The notes below the pieces were generated by a model, which saw nothing but the letters and a program-made list of their open reading frames with translations, had not been told where the DNA came from and searched no databases. Below are positions 54,589 to 64,000 of a stretch of DNA of 64,000 bases, one piece after another. Both the position numbers and the translations under genes were made by a program. Each line of letters opens with the position of its first letter. Position 1 is the stretch's first letter. Source of the stretch: Calditrichia bacterium (GTDB lineage: Bacteria; Calditrichota; Calditrichia; JAJRVZ01); NCBI GenBank assembly GCA_963796965.1, contig CAWCNS010000004.1, positions 1,018,300 to 1,082,299 on the forward strand. The letters are read 5' to 3'.

Positions 54589-55065
54589 TTATTTACTCTT
54601 CCAATTTTTATATGGGTTTTTTGCCAGCATTGCGTTGTAGTACTTTATATCACCAGTTACCTCATCTCCTAGCCAATCAGGTTTTGGAAATGATTCATCT
54701 TCCGATTGGAGTTCAATTTCTGCAATGAGAAGTCCCTCATTGTCTCCATGAAATTCATCCAACTCAAAAACATGTTGGCCGGCTTTGATTAAATTCCTGG
54801 TTTTATCGATGATTCCTGGTTCACATAGATCTAACAGGTGGGTTGCATCCGATGTTTTAATTTCTTTTTCCCACTCAAAGCGGCTGATTCCATCGGGTGT
54901 GGACTTACCTTTAATGGTCAAAAAGGCTTTTTCCCCTTTAAGTCTGATTCTTATTGTTTTCTCTTCAGAGGCGTATAAATATCCCTGGGTGATTCTGACA
55001 GAATTGTAGATAGATGATTTATAATCGCCTTTGACTAAAAATTTTCGTTCAATCTCTACTGCCAT
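54589..55065 (-). CDS. CYTH domain protein (triphosphate tunnel metalloenzyme)
   Basis: EIERKFLV, QGYL, RIR, LTIKG, AEIEL, WLGDEVTGD..YYN. Confidence 0.92.
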   Translation of the reverse strand: MAVEIERKFLVKGDYKSSIYNSVRITQGYLYASEEKTIRIRLKGEKAFLTIKGKSTPDGISRFEWEKEIKTSDATHLLDLCEPGIIDKTRNLIKAGQHVFELDEFHGDNEGLLIAEIELQSEDESFPKPDWLGDEVTGDIKYYNAMLAKNPYKNWKSK

Positions 55066-55224
55066 CTTGTGAATTAACCTCATACCTGATAAATCAGAAT
55101 TGATCCTTTGAATGATCTATTCATATTTCAGTCCCGATTAAATCGGGACAATCAAAAGAAACTTATCGGCGAGTTTTGACGTATTTACGCGAGCCAGGCC
55201 GAATTATAATAGATAATTGATATT

Positions 55225-55321
55225 TGTCATTCCGTCCCGGGACGGGATCGCACCTCGGAATAGGAATCTTCCAACACATAGATGCAAAGGCGCCAAGCAG
55301 GAAGATCCTGTCAGGATGACA
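55225..55321. repeat. GTCAT...ATGAC REP-like element
   Basis: tgtcattccgtcccgggacgggatc...ggaatcttcc...ggaagatcctgtcaggatgaca; similar to 42168-42264 and 62626-62722. Confidence 0.7.
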
Positions 55322-55334
55322 AAAATGTACGATC

Positions 55335-55492
55335 AGGCAGACATCCCCATTAAACGGGACTTCCACTTTTCTTCAGCATGGGTTTGCTCCTGCATATATT
55401 GCTTTACTTCAATCTTCAATCCGCGCATGGCCATGCACTGCTACATGTCGCTGTGATGCATGTTAATCGGGCATTTCACGAAATGCCCCTAC
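55335..55492 (-). repeat. Cluster of GTAG-type REP palindromes (reverse orientation)
   Basis: The reverse complement of 55335-55393 matches 47338-47396; also gtaggggcatttcgtgaaatgccc (55469-55492). Confidence 0.75.
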
Positions 55493-55541
55493 ATTCTCAC
55501 TGTTCTCCACTCTCTACTCTTTACCCTCTTCTCTCCACGCT

Positions 55542-56057
55542 TCAATGCAGATCCATGGTTGTGGCAATAAATACAAAAAGAGAATCGCCCACTATATTTT
55601 CATTTAATGTTATTACGGGTTGATTAATATACGATTCTAAGGTACCAAACGGTGGATCGAAATTATTTTTCATCCATTTATCAGCATAAGCTGACCAGCG
55701 TCTGGCATCGAGAAGGGCAGCACGTTGAGCAAGACTCCGGGGGACCGGCCTGCCTGTTTGTGGATTTTTTAAGACGCCTATTCCCATGGAAATAAACAGG
55801 TTACGATCCTTTAGATAGGCTTTCTCACAATAGGATTTGCGGTAACTTCTGTCATCCCCGAAAATCTTGATTAATTCCTGCGCTTCATATATTTCCACAT
55901 ACGCCTCATCCGAGAGCTGGGGGAGGGCATTTGAAGAAGCCGAAGATGCTTCGCCCGATATTTGCTGTATATCTTCGGTTTCTACTTCTTTTTCGCTTTT
56001 GCATGCCCAAAAGACTGTGGTAAGGATGAAAAAGATTAGACTAAGTTTAAAGGCCAT
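55542..56057 (-). CDS. Hypothetical lipoprotein
   Basis: Hydrophobic leader ending FWAC lipobox; AQRAALLDARR segment reminiscent of LPP20-like proteins; GGAGAG RBS. Confidence 0.6.
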   Translation of the reverse strand: MAFKLSLIFFILTTVFWACKSEKEVETEDIQQISGEASSASSNALPQLSDEAYVEIYEAQELIKIFGDDRSYRKSYCEKAYLKDRNLFISMGIGVLKNPQTGRPVPRSLAQRAALLDARRWSAYADKWMKNNFDPPFGTLESYINQPVITLNENIVGDSLFVFIATTMDLH

Positions 56058-56146
56058 TTTACTCTCTCCCTAAATATTTTGGGCGAAATTTCAACTATTA
56101 TTGATAAATGCTCTTGTCTATTAACGAGTGATCATTCCTTATCTAT

Positions 56147-56353
56147 TCATCTTCCAACACGAACATTAACAGCCCGATCGCCTTTCATATCACGTTTGAT
56201 ATCAAACTTTACAGATTGCCCTTCAACCAGGCGTTTATTTTTAACTGTAACGTGCAAGTCGCTGCTGTGAACGAAGAGATCGTCATCGTCGTCAGACGTA
56301 ATGAAACCAAAACCCTTGGAATCATCCCACATTTTTACAGTACCACTTTGCAT
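56147..56353 (-). CDS. Cold-shock domain protein
   Basis: GTVKMW..KGFGFI, DLFVH, G.RAVNV. Confidence 0.92.
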   Translation of the reverse strand: MQSGTVKMWDDSKGFGFITSDDDDDLFVHSSDLHVTVKNKRLVEGQSVKFDIKRDMKGDRAVNVRVGR

Positions 56354-56596
56354 ACATAATCCCCACTAGTTTTTATTATCAATAATTCTTTAAAATAATA
56401 ATTAATCAATACTTAAACAATGTTCAAATTTAAAAGTTGAATTCTATATTTAAATTGATAAAATTCCCACAACGATTAATTCGATAATAATCGTATTAAT
56501 ACATCCTCTTAGTCACCCTTTGAGGGAACTGATACCGCATCGGTTATATTGCACATTTTTGGTGTAGTCCCGTATGACGGGATTTCCCCCTTGGAA

Positions 56597-56803
56597 GGGG
56601 CTGTTGCAGTTTAGATAAGTATAACAAAAATATGGGATTATCTATTCGAGTAAGCAAAATCTAATTCCCCCTTTTCCCGAAGGGACTCCTTTGGAGGAAG
56701 GGGGTGTAGTCCCGTATGACGGGATTGGTCCCCCTTTCAAAGGGGGAGACCGGTCCTAGCTTCAATAAAGATTGTGCAATTTAACAGATACTGCAATAAC
56801 CCC
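56597..56803 (+). mobile_element. MITE family A copy with 4-bp target-site duplication (GGAA)
   Basis: ccccctt-ggaa[ggggctgttgcagt...actgcaataacccc]ggaa-aaggggg. Confidence 0.85.
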
Positions 56804-56865
56804 GGAAAAGGGGGAAATGAATATTCACTATCCAGTATATTATAGATTCCAAATCGGGATAAACC

Positions 56866-57957
56866 ATGAAAAAAAAATTGAGAGTTGGCGTTTTGTTCGG
56901 GGGCAGATCAGCGGAGCATGAAGTTTCCCTCCAATCAGCAAAAAACATTATCGCGGCTATTGATAAAAAAAAGTACGAGCTCATCCTCATCGGAATTGAT
57001 CGCCAGGGTCGATGGTACTTGAAGGATACGACAAAATTTCTTTTAAATGCCGATGATCCCAAACATATATCAATTTCGACGAGCAAAGAAAATCTCGCTA
57101 TGATACCAGGAAATGATTCTGAACAGATTATTTCTCTGAGCGGTGAGAAATTAATCGGAAAAATCGATGTCATATTTCCTGTCCTTCATGGACCATTTGG
57201 AGAAGATGGAACGATTCAGGGACTTTTACGACTTGCGAATATTCCGTTTGTAGGTTCTGATGTTCTTGGTTCTGCCGTGAGTATGGATAAGGATGTTATG
57301 AAACGTTTACTTCGTGATGCGGGAGTCCCTCAAGCCAGGTTTATCAGTTTCAAAATGGCTGAAAAAAACGTAATTGATTTTAATGAAGTGAAATCTGAAT
57401 TGGGCTTACCACTTTTTGTTAAACCGGCAAATCTTGGCTCTTCTGTGGGAATTAATAAAATACATAATCAGGATGAGTTTATTCCGGCTTTAGAAGAAGC
57501 CTTTAAATATGACGAGAAAATTATTTTCGAGGAAAATATAGAAGGCAGAGAAATTGAGTGTTCCGTCCTGGGGAATGACAGTCCCCTTGCTTCGGTACCC
57601 GGAGAGGTTCTTCCCTCTCATGAATTTTACTCCTATGAGGCTAAATATCTTGATAGTACCGGAGCCAGGTTGGAAATTCCAGCGAAAATCCCCGCAGAGA
57701 TAGAAAGAAAGATACAGAAACTAGCGGTGTTATCGTTTAAGGTCTTGAATTGCTCGGGCATGGCCAGGGTTGATTTTTTCCTAAAAGAAAATTCAGAAAT
57801 TTTTATCAATGAATTGAACACAATTCCTGGTTTTACACAGATTAGCATGTATCCTAAATTGTGGGAGGCAAGTGGGATCTCAAATACGGATCTAATCGAT
57901 AAATTGATAGAGCTGGCACTTGAAAGACATGAACGGACGAAGTTGAATCATATTTAA
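56866..57957 (+). CDS. ddl: D-alanine--D-alanine ligase
   Basis: FGGRSAEHEVSL.SA, LHGPFGEDGTIQG, KPANLGSSVG, FYSYEAKY, NELNTIPGFT. Confidence 0.97.
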   Translation: MKKKLRVGVLFGGRSAEHEVSLQSAKNIIAAIDKKKYELILIGIDRQGRWYLKDTTKFLLNADDPKHISISTSKENLAMIPGNDSEQIISLSGEKLIGKIDVIFPVLHGPFGEDGTIQGLLRLANIPFVGSDVLGSAVSMDKDVMKRLLRDAGVPQARFISFKMAEKNVIDFNEVKSELGLPLFVKPANLGSSVGINKIHNQDEFIPALEEAFKYDEKIIFEENIEGREIECSVLGNDSPLASVPGEVLPSHEFYSYEAKYLDSTGARLEIPAKIPAEIERKIQKLAVLSFKVLNCSGMARVDFFLKENSEIFINELNTIPGFTQISMYPKLWEASGISNTDLIDKLIELALERHERTKLNHI

Positions 57958-58068
57958 GAAAAAAGAAAAAAGAAAAAAGATTTTCCACGAATTTACGCTC
58001 GTAGAACGCGTCCTGAGACCTCGTTATACGGGGCCAGGCCGAATTGTCACAATGTAATTAATTGGTTT

Positions 58069-58290
58069 CATAAGTATCCGATTAAAAAGAAGTATCAATA
58101 GTTTAATAAAACTTCTTATTAAAAACCCCTTTCTTCTTCATGAGAAGGGGCTCCTCAAAGTCCCTCTCTTTGTAAGAGAGGGATTTAGGGTGAGTTCTTT
58201 GAAACACGTCTCCATGTAGGGAAATTAATGAAATCATTTTATATCTCGTTGTTTATGAATACATAAATTATTTTCAACCGGGCACCCATG
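58069..58290 (+). mobile_element. MITE family B (IS4-like TIRs), copy 1
   Basis: cataagtatccgatt...aaccgggcacccatg; flanks aattggttt / aattagttt (9-bp TSD, 1 mismatch); similar to 59219-59441. Confidence 0.75.
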
Positions 58291-58363
58291 AATTAGTTTA
58301 GAATAAATCCGCGGGAATCCTTATCATCTGCGTGATCCGTGTTCTATAAATACAAGATCATAT

Positions 58364-59089
58364 ATGGAATTATTTTTTGGCCTGTTGGTCATTCTCATCG
58401 CCTATTTTATAAAGGGATTCAGCGGGTTTGGTCCTGCTCTTGTAATCGTCCCCCTCTTTACGCTTCTATACGATGCGCCTTCAGCACTGGTGCTTGCGGC
58501 AGTCTTTGATTTTTTTGCTGGTGGTATTTTGATTTATTCTGTTCGAAAGGAAATCCACTGGCGTTTTGTTTTGACCGTATTTGGTGTCCTGGCTATGGGC
58601 ACTTTTGTTGGTTCTTTTCTGCTTGATTACATTTCCCTCGATTTTCTAAAAAAGTTAATTGGAGGGGTGATTTTTATATTTTCTCTGATTATTCTTTTTC
58701 AACGTAATGGAGAAGAAATTAAGGAACATGCGCATCCTAAAATATATAGACAGGCAGCAAGTTTTATGAGTGGATTTCTTGGTGGACTTGTCGGTATGTC
58801 AGGTCCTCCACTGGTGATTTATATGAAGCTTAATTATCCAAAGGCCTTTTTTCGAATCCAGTTAATTGCCATATTTTTACTTCGGTACAGCCTGGCGTTC
58901 CTTACTCTATTTGTATCATGAGATTCCACTTAATATTTCTGCTCTAAGTTTAGTTGGCTTTTTCATATTCATGCCCAGTGGGATTATGGCTTGGGAGCAA
59001 ATTGCACTTCAAGGTTAATGAAGATGATCTTTAACAAAATCGTCGCCCTAATATTATTGATACCCGCCATCAGTCTTCTTTTGTCTTAA
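58364..59089 (+). CDS. Sulfite exporter TauE/SafE family membrane protein, frameshifted in the 3' part
   Basis: IKGFSGFG.AL..VP and GG.VGMSGPP repeats; hydrophobic reading continues to a stop at 59089 after shifts near 58880-59030. Confidence 0.85.
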
Positions 59090-59218
59090 TGGAATATCTC
59101 GGAATAAAAAACAATATAAATGTGATTAAACAGTAGTGGCCGTTCTCGAATTTTATGTATAAACGAATCGAAGAAATATGAATAAATTGTCATGACAATA
59201 CAAATAAATAAATGATAT

Positions 59219-59441
59219 CATACGTGTCCGGTTTAAAAGAAGAGTCAATGTTTTAATAGAATATCTCATCCAAAAATCCCTTCTCTTCTTCACGAGAAGG
59301 GCTCCTCAAAGTCCCTCGCTTTGTAAGAGAGGGATTTAGGGAGAGTTCTTTGAATCAAGTTCCCATGTTTGGATATTAATAAATTTATTTGATATCGTGT
59401 TGTTTATGTATACATATCTAAATCTTAACAGGACACTTATG
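59219..59441 (+). mobile_element. MITE family B (IS4-like TIRs), copy 2
   Basis: catacgtgtccggtt...aacaggacacttatg; flanks taaatgatat / aaaatgatat. Confidence 0.78.
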
Positions 59442-59494
59442 AAAATGATATCATGATAAATTGGACAGGATTAAAACGTAGATTAAAATAAATG

Positions 59495-59586
59495 TTCAAT
59501 CCTTTCAGGGTTGATAACATTAATGGAACGCTTTTCTTTTCCCAGGGCAAAGCCCTGGGCTAGGAGAGTCTTTCCCCTTCAGGGAA
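59495..59586. repeat. Triple-hairpin REP-like element
   Basis: caatcctttcagggttg ... cccagggcaaagccctggg ... ttccccttcagggaa. Confidence 0.6.
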
Positions 59587-59710
59587 TAATTAATTTTAAT
59601 GAATAGTATTTCCTTCTCTGCTTTCATGAAATTTGTCAAAATTCACAGTTGGATTGATTTGGATAGCATTGTAAATTAGCATCCCACATATTTTTAAACA
59701 TAGAAATAAT

Positions 59711-62587
59711 ATGAGCAAAAAAGATAAAATATTTGTAAAAGGTGCCCGGGAGCATAATCTGAAAAATATAGATGTGGAGATTCCCCGCGATAAATTTGTT
59801 GTGATTACTGGTCTTTCAGGATCAGGGAAATCGAGCCTCGCTTTCGATACGATCTATGCTGAGGGTCAGCGGCGTTATGTGGAATCACTAAGTTCTTACG
59901 CACGGCAATTCCTTGGGCTAATGGAAAAACCGGATGTCGATTATATTGAAGGGCTTTCACCTGCTGTATCTATCGAACAGAAAACCACCCATCGCAATCC
60001 CCGTTCTACGGTTGGTACCGTTACAGAAATATATGACTATCTCCGTCTTCTCTTCTCCAGGATCGGTCACCCCCATTGTTATAACTGCGGACGCCCGATA
60101 GAAAAGCAAACCGTCCAGCAAATTGTCGATGCCATTCTCGCCCTGCCAAAAGATACACGAATCCAGGTGTTGGCACCGGTTATCCGGGGGCGTAAGGGTG
60201 AATACAAAGAAGTGTTTAATCAGTTCCGTAAGGAAGGGTATGTTCGGGTACGTGTCGATGGTAAAATATATAATCTTGATGATGATATTAAACTGGAGAA
60301 AAACAAAAAGCATGATCTGGATCTGATGGTTGACCGCCTGGTGGTTGATAAGGATATTCGCAAACGTTTAACTGATTCGGTTGAATTGGCTTTAAAACAA
60401 GCGGCCGGGCTGGTATTGATCAATGAACCTGATAAGGAAGAGGATACCCTCTATTCCGAGCATTTTGCCTGTGTCCATTGCAATATCTCCTATGAAGATC
60501 TTGGCACCGCGTATGTTTTCCTTTAACAGCCCCTATGGTGCTTGTCCCACCTGCGACGGGTTAGGAACGATCACCAAAATAGATCCAAATTTATTAGTCG
60601 AAAATGAAAATCTGTCTATTCGTGAAGGTGCCTTGATTCCACTTGGTGAAAGGCAGCGCAATGAAGGTTGGAATTATGAATTGCTTAAAAGCATAGCCAC
60701 TGAGATGGGTTTTAGTCTAAATACCCCCTGGAAAGATCTCAAGGAAGATCACCGCGAGGTGATCCTTTACGGGAGCGGCTCAAAGAAAGTGAAATTGGTT
60801 TATAAACGTGAGCATGCCTATGTCGAATGGATGAGTAAATATGAAGGTATTATAAACAATCTGAACCGCCGCTATCGTCAAACCAGTTCCCAATATATTC
60901 GTGACTGGATTGAAGGTTTTATGAATAATATTCCCTGTGGTGAATGTGACGGAGCACGGTTACGAAAAGAAGCCCTGGCAGTCACAATCAATGAAAAAAA
61001 TATCAGGGATATTACCGCCTATTCAATCAGAGAAGTTAAAGCACTTTTTTGACTCTATCAAATTGAGTGAAATTGAGAAACAGATTGCACATCAGATATT
61101 AAAGGAAGTAAAAGAAAGATTAGGATTTCTGGTTAATGTTGGTCTTGGATTATCTGACCCTGGAACGCTCGGCCGGTACATTATCCGGTGGTGAAGCGCA
61201 ACGGATCCGCCTGGCCACACAAATCGGCGCACAATTGGTCGGCGTACTTTATATTCTGGATGAACCCAGTATTGGACTCCATCAGCGGGACAATGCCCGC
61301 CTAATTGAAACCTTTCATCGATTACGCGATCTGGGAAATACCGTTTTAGTTGTTGAACATGACCGCGAAACAATTGAACGAGCTGATTTTGTCGTGGATT
61401 TGGGACCAAGGGCAGGGAGACATGGTGGTGAAGTGATTTTTGCCGGATCGGCAAAACAGATTTCCCGGATCAGCGAAATCGATCACCGGTGCTTATCTTT
61501 CCGGAAAAAAATGTATTCCCATCCCCTCCCAAAGACGAGAAGGGAATGGCAATATTTTACAATACAAGGTGCAACGGGTAATAATCTGAAAAAAGTGAAT
61601 GTCGATTTTCCTCTGGGAATGTTTATTTGTGTAACCGGTGTTTCCGGATCAGGTAAAAGCACCTTGATCAATGAGACATTGTATGCGGCACTGTCCAGAC
61701 ATTTTTATAAATCTAAAAAAATACCTCTGGAATATGAACAGATCACTGGGCTTGGAGAATCTCGACAAAGTGATCGATATTGATCAATCACCGATTGGCC
61801 GGACACCCCGTTCAAATCCGGCAACCTATACCGGTTTGTTTACGCCAATTCGTGATCTATTTGCCCAATTACCGGAATCAAAAATCCGGGGTTATAAACC
61901 GGGACGATATAGTTTTAATGTAAAAGGTGGACGATGTGAAGTCTGTGAAGGTGATGGAATAAAAAAAATCGAGATGCATTTTTTACCTGATGTTTATGTA
62001 CAATGTGAAGTCTGCAAAGGAAAACGATATAACCGGGAAACATTGGAGATCACTTATAAAGGAAAAATATTTCTGATGTACTGGAGATGACGGTGGATGA
62101 AGCCCTGGAATTTTTTAAAAATATCCCTCAGATAAAAAGACGTTTGGAAACCTTATCCGAAGTGGGATTGGGATATATTCACCTGGGTCAGCCGGCAACA
62201 ACACTCTCCGGGGGTGAGGCACAACGGGTCAAATTGGCAACCGAATTATCAAAAATCGGGACAGGGAAAACATTTTATATTCTGGATGAACCAACTACCG
62301 GATTGCATTTTGAAGATATCAATATGTTTTTAAAAGTATTAAACCGGCTGGTTGAAAAAGGTAATACGGTCGTGATTATTGAGCATAATATGGATGTGAT
62401 AAAAACGGCGGACTGGATCATTGATCTGGGTCCGGAAGGTGGCGATAAAGGTGGAAAAATTATTGTAACCGGTACTCCGGAAAAGGTGGCCCGTCCAAAA
62501 AAATCCTATACCGGACAATATTTAAAAACCGAAATTGAAGCAACCCGGCAAATTGGATGCGGGGAGAACGTGGCGCGAGGAGCGTAA
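59711..62587 (+). CDS. uvrA: Excinuclease ABC subunit A, several frameshifts
   Basis: [88 protein letters not shown] across 5 ORF fragments. Confidence 0.96.
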
Positions 62588-62625
62588 ATAGTTGAGAGTT
62601 GAGAGTAGAGGGTGGAGCGTGAGAG

Positions 62626-62722
62626 GTCATCAAGTCCCGGAACGGGATCAGCGCTCCGGGAAAAGGATCTTCCTACTTGACACTTCTGTACCGGCACGCA
62701 GGAAGATTCCTTCTGAATGACA
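62626..62722. repeat. GTCAT...ATGAC REP-like element preceded by purine-rich heptamers
   Basis: gtcatcaagtcccggaacgggatc...ggatcttcc...ggaagattccttctgaatgaca. Confidence 0.7.
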
Positions 62723-62858
62723 AAACTAAATAAAAAAATAATCCGCGGAGATCTGCGATTATCCGTTAAAATGTGGCCCCGTTCTACGGGGGACATCCGC
62801 GTGCTATCTAATATCCAAGGGCGCGCGCGCTGTGAATTTCCAAGTTCAGGGAGATGAA

Positions 62859-63924
62859 ATGAAGAAAACAGCCTTACATGATATCCATGTAAAATTAAAT
62901 GCCAAGATGGTTCCCTTTGCAGGTTATGAAATGCCTATTCAATACCATAGTATCCGGGCTGAGCATCGCCGGGTGCGTGAAACCGTAGGCGTATTTGACG
63001 TCTCCCATATGGGAGAAATTGAGATTCGTGGAAAATGCCATCAACCTTGTACAAAAGGTCACCATAAACGATGCCGCCGATCTCTCCATCGGTCAGGTGC
63101 AGTACTCCGCCATGTGTTATCCCGATGGAGGTATTGTTGATGATCTTCTGGTCTATAGATTCCCTGATCATTTTTTACTGGTTGTTAATGCATCAAATAA
63201 GGAGAAAGATTTCCAATGGATTGTGGATAATAAGATTGATGGATGTGATGTAACGGATACCAGCGATGCCGTCACCCAGATAGCCATTCAGGGAAAAGAG
63301 GCAGAAGCGACGCTGCAAAAACTGACCGATATAAACTTGGACGAAATAAAATACTATTGGTTTGTCGAAGGTGCCTTAGCTGGCGTAACATGTTGATTTC
63401 CCGAACCGGTTATACGGGTGAACCGGGATTTGAATTATATCTGGATAATTCACAGGCCCAACACATCTGGCAAAAAGTGTTTGAAGCCGGAGAGGAGTTC
63501 GGCATAGAGCCGATCGGACTTGGCGCCCGTGATAGTTTGCGTTTAGAGAAAAAAATGTGTCTTTATGGTAATGATATTGATAAGACGACGAACCCACTTG
63601 AAGCGGGGTTGGGTTGGATAACAAAATTGGATAAAGATGAATTCATTGGCTCCGAAGTCCTCAAAAAAGTAAAAGAAGAAGGGGTTTCAAGACGTCTGGT
63701 AGCTTTGTTCTCCAGGATTCAGGATTTCCTCGTAAGGATTATGAGATTTATAAAGATGGAAACAAGGTGGGCATGGTAACAAGTGGCACGGTTTCACCCA
63801 TGTTAGAAAAGGGAATTGGTCTTGGATATGTTACAAAAGAATTTGCAAAAATCGGGACAATGATTGATATAAAAATTCGTGATAATTTGTTCCGGCTGAA
63901 ATTATCAAACCGCCGTTTGTGTGA
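62859..63924 (+). CDS. gcvT: Glycine cleavage system aminomethyltransferase T, several frameshifts
   Basis: [62 protein letters not shown]-terminal KPPFV*. Confidence 0.95.
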
Positions 63925-64000
63925 TTATGGCCCGCGGATGACGTAGAATTTTTTCCACTAATTACGCTCGTAGAACGCGTCCTGAGACCTCGTTATACGG

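Noticed and set aside
62819..62831. (GC)5 alternating tract as a Z-DNA or regulatory element
   Set aside because: Single short occurrence with no supporting context.
62588..62858. Glycine riboswitch upstream of gcvT
   Set aside because: Conserved aptamer elements were not recognisable; the region is explained by REP-like repeats. An Infernal search with the Rfam glycine model would settle it.
57993..64000. 39-bp identical repeat as a CRISPR direct repeat
   Set aside because: Only two copies 6 kb apart, no spacer array and no cas genes; the second copy is cut by the window edge.

Overview
AT-rich bacterial chromosomal window (roughly 38% GC, estimated by eye) made mostly of housekeeping genes. 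These include uvrC, mce, guaB, hutH, an exonuclease-DinG fusion, a POT transporter, cinA-pgpA-pgsA, a complete Na+-NQR operon with apbE and nqrM, ispG, aconitase, clpB, a PiT/DUF47/CYTH cluster, ddl, uvrA and gcvT. Gene content and a 'QNYPNPFN' C-terminal sorting domain suggest an FCB-group organism such as Calditrichota (inference). Many conserved genes carry single-base frameshifts, most likely long-read or assembly indel errors. Two things stand out. (1) An AmmeMemoRadiSam locus at 39.3-43.7 kb in which every component appears export-targeted: a Tat-signal DUF362 protein, a radical SAM enzyme whose SRREFL twin-arginine leader is hidden by frameshifts, a Memo-AMMECR1 fusion with an N-terminal hydrophobic segment, and a divergent 55-aa tatA missing from the ORF track. 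(2) Most longer intergenic regions hold non-autonomous palindromic elements nested inside one another: two MITE families with TIRs and TSDs, GTAG-type REPs, GTCAT...ATGAC elements, long inverted-repeat pairs, heptamer tandems and 15-40 bp micro-palindromes. One MITE is inserted into an inverted copy of itself. I found no rRNA, tRNA, CRISPR array or transposase.
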